This document shows, piece after piece, positions 26,977 through 41,077 of a DNA stretch of 64,000 nucleotides; the first letter of the stretch is position 1; each line of letters opens with the position of its first letter. Below the pieces are notes generated by a model. That model ran no database searches, had not been told where the DNA came from, and worked only from the letters and a program-made list of their open reading frames with translations. The translations under genes were made by a program, and so were the position numbers. The stretch covers positions 17,422,001 through 17,486,000 of the forward strand of contig OX597839.1 in assembly GCA_951406725.2 (NCBI GenBank). The letters are read 5' to 3'. Source of the stretch: Octopus vulgaris. Taxonomy: Eukaryota.

Positions 26977-28704
26977 GTGCTACTGGTAACATAAAATCCA
27001 GTACAACCTGTTGCATGGTCAGGTTATTGGTGACTAAACCAGCACCCCCACCCTGCTATCCTGGCAAAGAGAGTTGCTAGAAACGCAGCAAGATTAAAAA
27101 TAAGACCTGTTGAAAGGTCGGACGAACCTAGTGCAGGCTCAACAGCTATCTAGCCAGAATAATGTGTGGTAACTACAGGGGTATTGCTCTATCAGCTGCT
27201 GGCAAGGTTCTAGCAAACATTCTTCTTACCTGCCTGAATGGGTGTCTTGTAAATAATATTCTAGCTGAATCTCAATGTAGCTTCCATTCTGATAGAGGGA
27301 CAATGGATATGATATTCACAGCAAGACAGATGCAAGAGAAGTGCTATGTGCAGAATGTGGATCTTGTCCAGGTATTCCTTGATTTAACCAAGGCCTTTGA
27401 TACTGTGAATAGGGCCTTGTTATGGAAAATACTTGGCAAACTTGAATGTCTGAATCACTTTGTATATATAATTAAATCATTTCATGATGGGATGGAGGCT
27501 TGGATCAATGCTGGTGGTGGCATGGCGGGACTCATTCCTGTAGAGAATGGTGTCAAGCAGAGTGACATCCTTGCCCCAACTCTTTTTACTTTGTACTTTG
27601 CCGCTTTTACTCATGCTTTTGCTAAGGTTAACTCTTTGGGAATATATGTCAGGTATTGATCTTCTGGCCACCTCTTTAATCTGCACTGATTTGCTACCAA
27701 TTCAAAAGTTTTCAAGTCTCTTACTTGTGACCTCCTTTATGCAGATGACTGATTTTGTCATTCATACAGTGGATGACATACAAATACTTATGAATTGTAT
27801 TTCTGCTTCCTGCAAGGCATTTGGACTCAGCTTTAGCCTGGACAAGACTGTTGTAATGTTCCAGCCTGCACCAGGAAATCCATATGCGAAACCAGCTATC
27901 TTGGTTGAAGGAACAATACTGAAAGTGGTAGACAAGTTTGTCTACCTGGGCAGCACACTCAGCTGTTCTTGCTCCCTGGACAATGAAATATCTTTCAGGC
28001 TGCAGAGAGCAACCAATTCCTTCTGGTCTTTTCAGTCTCATGTCTGGTCCCAGCATGGCATCACATGGCAAACAAAAATTGTTGTGTGCTGTGAATGTGT
28101 ACTGACATCACTCCTTTATTCATGGGAAATATGGACTCTTTACAAACATCATGTAAGTACTTGAGCACTTTCATCAGATATGTCTGAAACACATTCTGAA
28201 TGTTGGCTGGACCTTAAAAACCCCAGACACAAGTCCTGAAGAAAGCTGATATCTTGAGTATTGAGGCAATAATTCACAAGCACCACTTACATTGGAGTGG
28301 ACACTTTATTAGAATGAAGGATAGCAGGATCCCTAAACAGAAACCAAGGCAGATATAAGGTCTGTGTCAAGTCCTCATTAAAGGCCTGTGATATGCAGGA
28401 GACTGACTGGGAGTGCAATGCCTGTCATCACCACACATGGAGGAAGCAGTTTAAGGAGGGGGTTGACACCTTTGAGAGAGCACGTATTCTGCATGAAGAA
28501 TTTAAGCATGCTGCTCAAAAGTGCACTGCTAGTGTAGTGAATGGGGAAAGCTTGGTTTGCAATGTTTGCACTCATGTATGCTTGTCAAGAGCAGGGCTCA
28601 TTAGCCACCAATGGAGCCACAAAGGCAAAATATGTTAGTCCTAAAGTGCACAATATTTGTAAAGGTCAGCAATGGTCTTCCTCAGTCATGAGTGGATGGC
28701 CATC
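26977..28704 (+). mobile_element. RTE (BovB-like) LINE, degenerate, lacking the endonuclease region
   Basis: CGNYRGIAL, ESQCSF..RGTMDMIF, FLDLTKAFDTVNR, GVKQSDILAPTLF, LLYADD, FVYLGSTLS, and a C-terminal CNVC..C.SRAGLISH zinc knuckle. Confidence 0.9.
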
Positions 28705-29029
28705 ATGTATGCATGCATGCATGTGAGTGGACTCTGCCAAATTCAAAATATTATCAAAATTGTGGTCATATTTGGTCAATAACTAATAAATGTGTGTGTG
28801 TGTGTGTGTGTGTTCTTTTGTGTGTGTTTTTCCTGTTATTCCCTCTGCTCCTTTATTGTCCTCTGTGCCAGATTTTAATTATTAATGTATAGATAAATAG
28901 ACATATAGATAAAAGGAAAACCATACATGCATGTAAACATTTGATATATATAAAGTTTTGATTAAAACTGAAGTATTAATATCATATCTATGTATGTATC
29001 CTTCTCTCTCTCTCTCTCTTCATATATAT

Positions 29030-29067
29030 GTATCTAATTTTCTCGTTATTTTATTTTTCAGGTGAGT
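29030..29067 (+). promoter_or_regulatory. Candidate recursive splice site (3'SS abutting 5'SS)
   Basis: ctaat branch-like motif at 29034, then a polypyrimidine tract and tttttcAG|GTGAGT; no other AG for >80 nt upstream. Confidence 0.45.
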
Positions 29068-29444
29068 AACATTGATATTTTTCCATCTGCCTTCTATGCC
29101 TGCTTTTACAAGGTTTGGACTTTATTTGTTTTTTTTATATTAAAGGGTATAAAAACCTGCTTCATTCATAAATCTCTCTCTCCCCCACTACGATAATATT
29201 GTGTTATTGTTTGTATGTGTGCATGTGTGTGTGCAAGAATATAGAAGAACCTTTATGTATATATCATATGCTTTAACATGTGTTAATTTTAATTTTTGTA
29301 ATGCATATTTGATCTTAGCCATTCAACTAGTATCTTTTCAAATTTCAGCTCGGTCCATAAGCTAAATTCTCAATCCGTTTAAAGGTTCTGAAAATGTTAA
29401 ATGAAAATAACAATAATAATATTTATTTATCTCTTTGTGAGTGA

Positions 29445-29485
<41 letters not shown>

Positions 29486-29678
29486 GTATTTGATTGCATA
29501 CAAAATGCAAAAGCAGGACATGCCCTAATTTCAGCAGTGCATATTTAATAAGATTTTTTTTTTGAGCATTAAAGCATGTAATGTAGGCTTAACTTTGCAT
29601 ATAGAACCTGTTTTTTTTTTTTAACATTTCTTTGGAATAAAAAGTGCATCTTATACATGCTGTATTTGATGGTATGTG

Positions 29679-29720
<42 letters not shown>

Positions 29721-29783
29721 GAATAAATAAATGGAGTTTAACGCAGGTGTAAGTCAAATATTTTTACTTTCGACACATGTTTT

Positions 29784-29835
<52 letters not shown>

Positions 29836-29850
29836 AAAATCAAGCACACA

Positions 29851-29999
29851 TAGGTGCAGGAGGGGTTTTGTGGTAAGAAGCTTGCTTCTGGGTTCAGTCC
29901 CACTGCATGGGACCTTGAGAAAGTGTCTTCTACTATAGTCTCTGGCTGAACAAGGCCTGGTGAGTGGTTTTGGTAGACAGAAATTGAAAGAAGTCTGTC

Positions 30000-30042
<43 letters not shown>

Positions 30043-30660
30043 GGTGCAGGAGTGGCTGTGTGGTAAGTAGCTTGCTAACCAACCACATGGTTCAGTCCCA
30101 CTACGTGGCATCTTGGGCAAGTGTCTTCTGCTATAGCCCCGAGCCGACCAATGCCTTGTGAGTGGATTTGGTAGATGGAAACTGAAAGAAGTCTGTCGTA
30201 TATATATGTATATGTATGTATGTATGTATGTGTTTGTGTGTCTGTGTTTGTACCACTAGCATTGCTTGACAACTGATGCTGATGTGTTTACGTCCCTGTC
30301 ACTTAGCGGTTTGGCAAAAGAGACCGATAGAATAAGTACTGGGCTTACAAAGAATAAGTCCTGGGGTCGAGTTGCTCGACTAAAGGCGGTGCTCCAGCGT
30401 GGCCACAGTCAAATGACTGAAACATGTAAAAGAGTAAAGAGAGTATATATATATGTTTGTATTTATGTATTTGTGTGTCTGTGTTTGTCTCCCCACCATC
30501 GCTTGACAACCGATGTTGGTGTGTTTACATCCCCATAACTTAGCAGTTCAGCTAAGTTACAGCTAAAAGAGACTGATAGAATAAGTACTAGGCTTGCAAA
30601 GAATAAGTCCTGCTGTCGATTTGTTTGACTAAAGGTGATGTTCCAGCATGGCCATGTGTG
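29851..30660 (+). mobile_element. Cluster of SINE family A copies (partial, full-length, partial)
   Basis: Heads at 29851 and 30041; tail at ~30443; extra 3' half at 30470-30655. Confidence 0.8.
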
Positions 30661-31639
30661 CTTTTAGTTCGTGGATGGGTTGTGGTTTTTAGGCAGAAGA
30701 GAATACATTGTCTTGCACCTAAAATCCACAGTCGACCCATGAACAAACAACACACACACCTTGTGTATGTGTGTTTGATTTTGTTTATACACCTCAAGCT
30801 GCTTCTAATTCATATTTGAATTTATATATATGTAGCAAGAGAGAGAGAGATGCACTTGCGCATATACTTATGTATATATCTATATGTGAGTTTTTCGGTC
30901 TATGTGTATGTTTCTGCAATTCAATGCTACCCGCTCACATACTTTGGACATCTCTCTATGTGTTTCTTTTTGTTTTCATAAGAAATATTCTCAAGGTTGT
31001 ATTCATACCTTTAAGTATTCATTCTTAGAGCACATTTCTGTATTGAATTCTGAATATAATTATGCCCGCATTTGGATATCGGCTATCTTCTCTTCTATCT
31101 GTATTCTGTGTTCTGTATCAAATGGACAGTATGATCTCCAGGTTCAGGGAATGTCAAAATGTAGGAATACACATACACACACACACACAATGCAATTTAA
31201 AAATAAAATGGTGGCTAAACATTACAATATTACTAGAAGTTCACAATCTACATGCTAATGACTCCTACTATTATACTGACTTGTTCTCATACTGTTGCAT
31301 TTACTTAGCAGATATTTCTGACTAAGTAAGCCAGGGTCAATCATCTGTACAGTATATATATATTGTTCAATATATTGGAGCAGATAGCTGTATTATTAAG
31401 AAGTTATAGGTACAGTAATGGTCGTGCGGTTAAGAAGTTTGCTTTTCAACTTCATGGTTTTGAGTTCAGTCCCACTGCATAGTACCTGTAGGCAAGTGTC
31501 TTCTACTATAGCCTCAGGCTGTACAATGCCTTGTCATTGAATTTGGTAGATGGAAACTGCATGGAAGACTCTCTCTCATCTTTATATATGTGTGGTAAGA
31601 AGTTTGCTTCCCCAAACACATGATTCTGAATTCAGCCTT

Positions 31640-31700
31640 GTGACTGGTGATGAAAAATGGACCTTCTATTGAAATGGTAAACGTCGTAAACAGTGGATTT
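31640..31700 (+). mobile_element. Short mariner transposase fragment
   Basis: VTGDEKWTFY*NGKRRKQW, closely similar to 2998-3055. Confidence 0.7.
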
Positions 31701-31714
31701 CCAAGATATAGCCC

Positions 31715-32020
31715 CCTGCCGATCACCACAGATCCTCCTCCATGTTTAACTGTTAGAAGAAGGCAGTCTGAGTCAAATGCTTCTTTTGGCTGTCTCCAGA
31801 TATATACTCAGCCAGTGGTCTGAAATAAGGTAAAGGATGACTCGTCTGAGAAAATAATATTCTTCCACTGCTCTAGGGACCAATTCTGTAGGTTTTTACT
31901 CCACAAAAACGTTTGTTTTTGAAAGTATTGGTTTTCTGATTGCAGCCCTCCCATGAAATCCAGCTTTATGCAGCTCCTGGCAAACAGTTTTTGTGGAAAC
32001 TGGGTTCTTGAGGTGGTCAT
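31715..32020 (-). mobile_element. Tc1-like transposase fragment
   Basis: WSLEQWKNIIFSDESSF..VYIWRQPKEAFDSDCLLLTVKHGGGSVVI. Confidence 0.85.
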
Positions 32021-32267
32021 ATATGTGTGTGTGTGTCCTTCATTTACATTTTATAGACAGTAGGTGCAAATATGTCAATAGGTACAACATTGCAATAGGC
32101 ACAATCATAGCTGTGTGGTTGAGAAGTTTGCTTCCTAGTCATCTGATCTCTCTGTACAGTACCTTAAGCAAGTGTTTTCTATTATAACTCTGGGCTGACC
32201 AAAGTTTTTTGAGTGAGTTTTGTAGACAGAAAATGAACAAAGCCTGTTGCATACATATGTACTTTTA

Positions 32268-32344
<77 letters not shown>

Positions 32345-34150
32345 ACTTTTGTCTTGACATCTGTGATAGCTGTAAATGAGCATTGTTGTCATACAAGTTA
32401 AGTTGTTTGCTTCTAGTATTCAGCGTAAAACATGACTGGGGAAATATTATCAGGTGAGGGTTGGCAGCAGGAATTATATATCTGACTGTACAAAATCTGC
32501 TTGAACAAATTCCTTCTGATCTATGCAAACAAAAAAAGGGGACATTAAATATTGATAATGATGGGTGTGATTTTGATAATGATAGGGTGTGATTTTAGGG
32601 AGATTTACCTACAATTTTTAGCGGGTTGTGCTACTACATACATAAGAGGACTTCAACTTTTTAAAAAATTTTACTGCAGATAATTAAAGACATTACTATT
32701 GACCATAATTTAAATAACTGTGATCATACTTCTCTCAATTTAGTTTTCTAATTATCAAAATTATGGAAATTAGTTTATACGCTTAACATTGCTTTCTAAT
32801 TTAATAGATCTGTTGCAATTAGCAACTTTTGCATCTGATGATATTAATTTTGATTCAAACAGTTTTTTTTTTTGTTTTTTCAACTTTAAGTGTTTGTTCA
32901 TTTTAGATTAATTTTTAAGTTGTAGTTTCAAACCACCTGCATCCAAGCCTATATGATTCAACTATCTCATACCTCCTCTAGTCATATTTATTGCCTTCCC
33001 CCATTTCCCTGGCCCTTATCTCTACACTAACTGCTATTGCCAACTCTTTGGTATTCTATTCCATTTTTGGCGATAATTTTTAGTTCTAGACATCAGCTCA
33101 CAGACATTCCAACAGAAGAGATCAGTCATGTGGTTAAGAAGCTTGCTTTGCACTCATATAGTTTAGGGTCCAGCCTCACTGCATGACACTTTGGCCAAAC
33201 GTCATCTGCTATAGCCTTCGGTTATCAGTGATTCGTTAGTGAATTTGTCGACAGAGACCATGTGGAAACCCATCATATATATGTGTGTGTGTGTATCTTT
33301 GATCCTCTGTGTCCCTTTGTCCACTTGACAATCAATGTTGGTTTGTCTATGTCACCATATTGTAGAGGTTTAGCTAAAGAGACCAATAGAATAACTACCA
33401 AATATCAAAAACATTAAAAAGTTCTGGGGTCAATCTTTTAGACTAAAACCCTTCAAGGCAGTGCCTCAGCATGGCCACAGTCTAATGATTGAAGCAGGTA
33501 AAAGAAAGAAAAAGCTACCACTTAGTCAGGAAGGTTAGCACCCCTCTCCTACCAATGACTCCTATTCTTTCAGAGCCTTCAAAACTGGTAGAAAAACAGG
33601 AAGAGGTTATCCTCATGTTGAAGACCTGGTCTGAATACTTGCACAGATTGCAACTAAAGAGCTGAAGGGTCTGGTTAAACTGAACAATGGATTAAGTTTA
33701 TCATCCAAGAACTCAGAAGGCAGATACACTGGTTCCACAGTGTATCTTGTCCAAAGTTCTGACAACTCCATCCAACTTCTCTCATAGAATGATAGTTTAT
33801 TTTATTGATAACTCCCTGCCACCTCCTTCCTCCCACACATCACACAAAGAGGAAATAAAGTTGACCTCTGCAGTTTTAGAAGTTAGAGCATTCTAATCCC
33901 AACATGCTCATTTCTCTTCATCTTATCACCCATATTAGGAAGAAGATAGTCCTTTTCTATCCCATCCACATGTTCCACATTCATCACATTAATACCAGAT
34001 CTTTCCTTCTCTGGATGTCAGTCTTCCTGGAATCAGAGGATTGGATTCTTTTGTTTGGGCCCTGGGGATTTGGTATAGTTTGACTGGACATGGAGCCTGT
34101 TTTGGCAACAGTATGTTTTGGTACTGGAGGCAAATGCATGTGCACACACA

Positions 34151-34229
<79 letters not shown>

Positions 34230-34944
34230 ATACACACACCTGTGTGTGAACACAGGCATAAATATACACATACTGTGGTAAGAAAGTCTCAAGACAGTTT
34301 ATTAGCAGAAAGTCTTCCTTCAGAGAAGAAACTCCTGCCTCAAGCCAATGTTTTGGACCTTAATTTCTTACACTCTAAGGGCCAGACCACATCCAACTCA
34401 TGACTCCCGGGTGACTTTCATTCTTTACCATGTTTCATTCTTTACCATGTGTCTATAAATATAGAAATATATAGATAAATACACAAAATAATGGGCAAAA
34501 TGATGATGCAAAAATAAAACAGATATACATAAAGTTAGATAAGCAAAACATGTGTCACTAAAATGCATTTACATATGAAGCAAAATAAAAGCAATGGTAG
34601 AATGTGTACAATGAAAATAAATACTCTAATGGAAGAGACAAGCCATAATGATTTAGGTAATAATCTTTATGAAAAAAAAAGGTAAGTAGTGAGAGGAGTA
34701 AAAGCAAAAGAAAGAAAAGTAATGGTACAAAATGTATGAGATTAGTTTACATGGCAGGTTTAGTACCAATACATGCTATATATATGTGTGTATGTGTATA
34801 CTTGTGTGTGTGTGTATATACTTGTGTGTGTGTGTGTGTGTATATGTATATGTATATATGCGTATATACATATATATGTATATATATATATATATGTATA
34901 TATATATGTGTATATATATATATGTGTATATATATGTATATATA

Positions 34945-35019
<75 letters not shown>

Positions 35020-35170
35020 GTATATATATATATGTAGATGTGTATATATATATGTATATATATGTATATATTTATATGTAGATGTATATATATATATATT
35101 ATATATGATATATATATATGTATATATGTATATATACATACAAATATATACATATATATGTATGTATATT

Positions 35171-35201
<31 letters not shown>

Positions 35202-36090
35202 ATTCCATTCTTAGCGACAAATAAATAGCCCTCAAAGCCAAATCCGTTATGTGCTTGAGTAGAGGCCTATCAACTGAAATAATACAATAGTTTGTGATTA
35301 CAAGTATTGTTTCTAAGAAAGAGGCAATGTAATGAAGCTAAGAAAAATATTTTCCACTTTCATTATCATCATGGTTATTACTACTACTATTATTATTATT
35401 GAAATCTAATTTGATGATTTTCTTATTTCCCTTTTGTTTTGTTTTGTTATTATGATTTTTGTTTTGTGTTTTTTGCCAGTTTTTTTTCTCTTGTTTTACA
35501 TTGTTTTTGAATTGATTTTGTGTCATCTGTCATTGAATCGGATGAATGCGTCTTATTTATTTTTATTAACTTAGCTTAGGTTATTTATTGTATAAAACAT
35601 TTTTATTAAGGTGAAACCTTTATTTTATTTCATATATGTTTTTTTTAGTTTATAATTTATTTTTGAAATTTATTATTTTTTTTTAATTTTTCATACACTT
35701 TTATTTTATTTTATTGTTTTGCTTTTCTTCTTCATAAATTTAGAAAGCACTAAACTTTTGTTCATATGTAATTTATATGGACAGTATAATGCAATTTCCT
35801 CCGTTAAATGAATTAGTACCATCGAAAAAATATATAACAACAATAACATACAAAAAAAATGTTTTCAAAAATAATAAATATTCTAAGAATATTATTCTCT
35901 TGTACTTGATATTCATTCAAACTTAGTATGTTAATAATATAACATTGCAGCTATATAACAGTTCTGAAATGAATGACGAATGTACACAGTTCGTTTTGGT
36001 TGTTGTTGTTTCATATATTAATAAATTGATACAAGATGTATGTATGTGTGTGTGCATATGTATGTGGTTGAGTGTGTGTGTACATATATA

Positions 36091-36136
<46 letters not shown>

Positions 36137-36150
36137 TAGATGTATATAGC

Positions 36151-36232
<82 letters not shown>

Positions 36233-36516
36233 GTGTGTGTGTGTATGTATGTATGTATGTATATATTTTACACACACTCACACTTCAGTATTACTTTCCC
36301 TTTTTTCTTCCACTTTTTTCATGCCATTATCATTTCAACTCATCATAAATGAACAGTTGAATGATATGATGATAATAATAATAGTAATAATTATGGCAAT
36401 GATAATAATAATAATGCTTTAATAACAGCAATAATAATGAGAATAACTATATAATGTTTCCTATTTCTTCATATCAAACCTGATTTTCAGTTTATAATAA
36501 TATTTAAGCTTAAAAT

Positions 36517-36576
<60 letters not shown>

Positions 36577-36734
36577 TAATATAGTTTTTAAATGAAAATA
36601 CTTTTTCTTTTTCAATTTTACTTTTCAACTTACAGGTATTGACCTCTTTATCTTCCATTGCCTCCAATATATATATAAAATATACATATAATAATACTTG
36701 AATAGTTTGAGTTTTCCAGTCTACTAACTAGATA

Positions 36735-37025
36735 TGACTGTAATCAACTAGTTTGTTTTGCTGCCATGCAGCTCCAGGTTCTATCCCATTGATAGCATCT
36801 CTGGCTCCTACAAAAGTCCACTCAGCTGGCAAAAATGAGTAGTACCTGTATTTCAAAGGGTTAGCCTTGTCACATTTTGTATCACACTGAATCTCCCTGA
36901 GAACAGCATGAAAGGTATATGTGTCTGTGGAGCACTCAGCCACTTGCATGTTAATTTCAAAAGCAGGTTGTTTCATTGATTGGATCAACTGGAACCTTCA
37001 TTGTCATAACTGACAGAATGCAAGT
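36735..37025 (+). mobile_element. Old SINE with a core-like domain (family D)
   Basis: B-box-like ggttctatccc followed by gtccactcagctggcaaaaatgagtagtacctg. Confidence 0.45.
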
Positions 37026-37719
37026 TTTTACCACATTCTTATAAGCCAAGAAATGGCTTCTTTATGATATTTCAAGAAAAAAAATGGAATGGCACTTTGT
37101 AACACTATATTGTATTATAGGACTATAACATGGCTGTATCGTTAAGAAGCTTGCTTTGCAGCCATTTGGTTTGGGGTTCAGTGCCATTGTGTAGCACTTT
37201 GGGCAGGTCTCTTCTGCTCTCACTCTGAGTGCCTTAAGTGTGAATTTGGTAGCAAATACATACATACATACATACATACATACATACATAAATAAATATA
37301 AGAGGGATGACAACTAAGTGGACATCCATTATGTTAGAAGTAGACCCCCTATGGTCTTACCATTTATTTTTATTATCATTATCAGCGCATTTGCTCGACT
37401 AAAAGGTGGTGCTCCAGCATGGCCACAGTCAAATGACTGAAACGAGTAAAAGAGTAAAGAGAGCATTGAGGACGGTTAGATTGGCAGAGTCGTTAAAGCG
37501 TTGAGCAGAATACCTTGTGGTATTGGTTCTGGTTCACTACATTCATGCTGGGGTAAACTTTACTTTTCATCTGTCTGAAGCTCACGAAATAAAGTACCAG
37601 TCATGTACTAGGGCTCAGTGTAACTGAGCAACACCCCACTCTTCTAGATGGTTAGCTTTGTCCCTAACTTGAAGTAATTTGTAATTTGAAGATGGTGAGC
37701 CAGTAGAATCATTAGCATG

Positions 37720-37889
37720 AGGTGCAAGAGTGGCTGTGTGGTAAGTAGCTTGCTTACCAACCACATGGTTCCGGGTTCCGTCCCACTGCGTGGCACCTTT
37801 GGCAAGTGTCTTCTACTATAGCCTCGGGCCGATCAAAGCCCTGTGAGTGGATTTGGTAGACGGAAACTGAAAAGAAGCCCGTCGTATAT

Positions 37890-37920
<31 letters not shown>

Positions 37921-38119
37921 GAATGTGTGTGTCTGCGTTTGTCCCCCTCGCATTGCTTGACAACCGATGCTGGTGTGTTTGCAGTTCGGCAAAAGAGACC
38001 GATAGAATAAGTACTGGGCTTACAAAAGAATAAGTCCCGGGGTCGAGTTGCTTGATTAAAGGTGGTGCTCCAGCATGGCCGCAGTCAAATGACTGAAGCA
38101 AGTAAAAGAGAGAAAAGAG
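37720..38119 (+). mobile_element. SINE family A, full length
   Basis: Near-identical to 23273-23712. Confidence 0.85.
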
Positions 38120-38331
38120 ATATATATATATATATATGTACATATGTGTCTTTGCCTTTGTGTATGTTACGCCCCACTACTTGGCAACCAATGTTGGTTT
38201 GTTTACGTCCCTGTAACTTAGGAAGAGACCAATAAAATAAAACTAAACTTAAAATACATACTGGTATCAATTCATTTGAGTAAACCATTCAAGGCAGTGC
38301 CCATGCATGACCACAGTCCAATGATGAAACA

Positions 38332-38373
<42 letters not shown>

Positions 38374-38651
38374 CTCCCTTCCAGTCTTCCATGGAAACAT
38401 ATCCAACTATGGGGAAATATTACTTGCTTGGAAACAGGTGAGGGTTGGTGACAGGAAAGGCATCTTGGTACAGGATATCTGCCTCAAATTCTCTCTGACT
38501 CGTGTGTTATAGAATTTTCTTTGTCTTATTTTTATTGTATATATATATAATTGTCATCATCATCTAATGTCCACCTTGAAAACTGGCATTGGTGGTTTGA
38601 CAAGAGCTGGCCAGGCAGAAGCCTGCACCAGATTTCTATAACTGTTTTATA

Positions 38652-38685
<34 letters not shown>

Positions 38686-40632
38686 GTTAGGAAGTGCATT
38701 CAGCTGTTGAAACCAAGCCAAGTCAGATTGGAACCTGATGCAGCTCTTTGATTTGCTTGCTCTGGTCAAGCCATCCAACCCATGCCAGTGTCAAAAACAG
38801 ATGTTAAAGGATGATATATATATATATATATATATATATAGCAAGCATGATGTAATCTCAGATACTTCAACAATGTCTTTGATGATGGGGCTACTCAATA
38901 CAGGGCTCACTTAGGGCTAAACAACAATAATGCCGTTAGCTGTAACCATTAACTTCAAGTTGAACTATGCTTTATGAGTGCAATTTAGTTGAAACTGTTC
39001 AGAAATACACACATATGGATGCGTGTGCGTGCGTGTGTGCATTTGTATTTGTCATATAATGCAGTATATAAGCAGAAATTGTTAATAACCTGGTGCTTCA
39101 GAAAAAATCCTTGTGCTCTTTGTTCTGCCCAAGTATGCAGGCAATCATTTGTCAGTGTAATGTTTGGCCTGCTGAAAACTGCATCCTATTAAAATTTACA
39201 AAATTTACCAATAAAAGATTATGGGGAAAATGATAAGCTAAATAATCTCATATTTTGGGATACCTTTTTCTGTTTTCTATGCTCTATGGTTAAAAACCTT
39301 ACTTCTCAACCATGTGGTCTTAGATTCAGTCTGAGCAAGCTGCATTTTGGGTAAGCATCTTCTATCACTCTGGGTCAGCCAAAGCCTTGTAAATGGATTT
39401 GGTGTGTGTATATTTGTGTGTGTGTGTGTGTGTGTATCCTAGTCTTCACATGATGTAATGGTTGTAAATGAGCATCACATACAAGCAATGTTGTTCATTA
39501 CTAGTCTTTGAAAAAATTTCTACTTGGAAACAGTGTACCAGCCCAGTCAAACTGTCCAACCCATGCCAGCATGGACAACAGACGTTAAATGATGATGTTG
39601 ATGATAATACATATTTTTAATACATGCTATATTTGATTAATATAATATAATCATCATCATCATCATCATCATCATCGTTTAGCATCCACTTTCCATGCTA
39701 GCATGGGTTGGACAGTTCAACTGGGGTCTGGGAAGCCAGAAGGCTGCACCAGGCCCAATTTGATCTGGCAATGTTTCTACGACTGGATGCCCCTCCTAAC
39801 GCCAACCACTCCATGAGTGTAGTGGGTGCTTTTTACGTGCCATATATATATATATATAGATATATACACACACTTATATATATAGATATAGATATATACA
39901 CGCACTTATATATATAAATGTTTTCTACCATACCCTTGGGCCAAGTAAGGTCTTGTGAGTTGATTTTACTGACACAAACTGAATAAAGCTTGTCATGTAT
40001 GCATGTGTGAGAGAGAGAAAGAGAGAAAGAGAGAGTGTGTTTCCTAATCTTCACATTGTGCGATATTGGTAAAAGGGATTTCACTATCACACAAGCAGTG
40101 TCATTCTCTTGCAGTCCTCCATGAAAACATATCCAGCCATGGGGAAATATTACTTGCTTGGAAACAGACGAGGGTTGGTCACAGAAAGAGCATCTTGGTA
40201 TAGGATACCTCAAATTGTGTCTGACTCGTGGTAGCATTGAATAAATGGGCATCACTTTAACATTTCATCATCACTTTAAGTGATGATGAAATGTTAAAGT
40301 GATGATGAAAACAATATTGGCATACAGGAATATATGCAGTGTGTGTGTGTGTTTATATATGTATGTATAATGTATAGTGTATGAGCAGATATATATAATG
40401 TTTATATCTAATGTGTATATAATGGCGATAGATGTATATAGATAAGTGTACTGTATGCTTGTGTGTATATTTAATTCTTTAAAATGTTTCAGCTTCAAAG
40501 CTGCAGTCACGCTGGGGCACCACAGTTATATTATTTTTAATTGGAAAGTTACAAATGTGACATAAGAAACGAGAGTTTTGTGAATGGCACTTAACAAAGT
40601 TATTTTTATCTGTGTATGCACATACACACATT

Positions 40633-40849
40633 TGAGTCCATGCTGAAAAGTTCCTGGCTTTGAATAAAAGAAAATACAGAAGGACCAGTTAATTATGATT
40701 TTATTGGATATATTCCCCTCTCAGATTCACATACTTATTGCAACAGTCCTTTAGCTAATCTCAGCCCTGTAAAAGAACTCGGAATGTTGGGCTGCCAACT
40801 AGGCCTTTTGCAATACCATTAAAGCCAGAAAATTTTCATCATTCACTCA
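40633..40849 (+). mobile_element. Mariner-derived MITE (~215 bp)
   Basis: TIR tgctgaaaagttcctggcttt / aaagccagaaaattttca; sibling copies at 52803-53020 and 56455-56671. Confidence 0.75.
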
Positions 40850-41019
40850 TATACATATATATATATATATTGGCGTCAGGAAGGGCATCCAGCTATAGAA
40901 ACTCTGCCAGATCAAGATTGAAGCCTGGTGCAGCCATCTGGTTCGCCAGCCCTCAGTCATATGCCCAACCCATGCTAGCATGGAAAGCAAATGTTAAACG
41001 ATGATGATGATGATGATGA

Positions 41020-41077
<58 letters not shown>

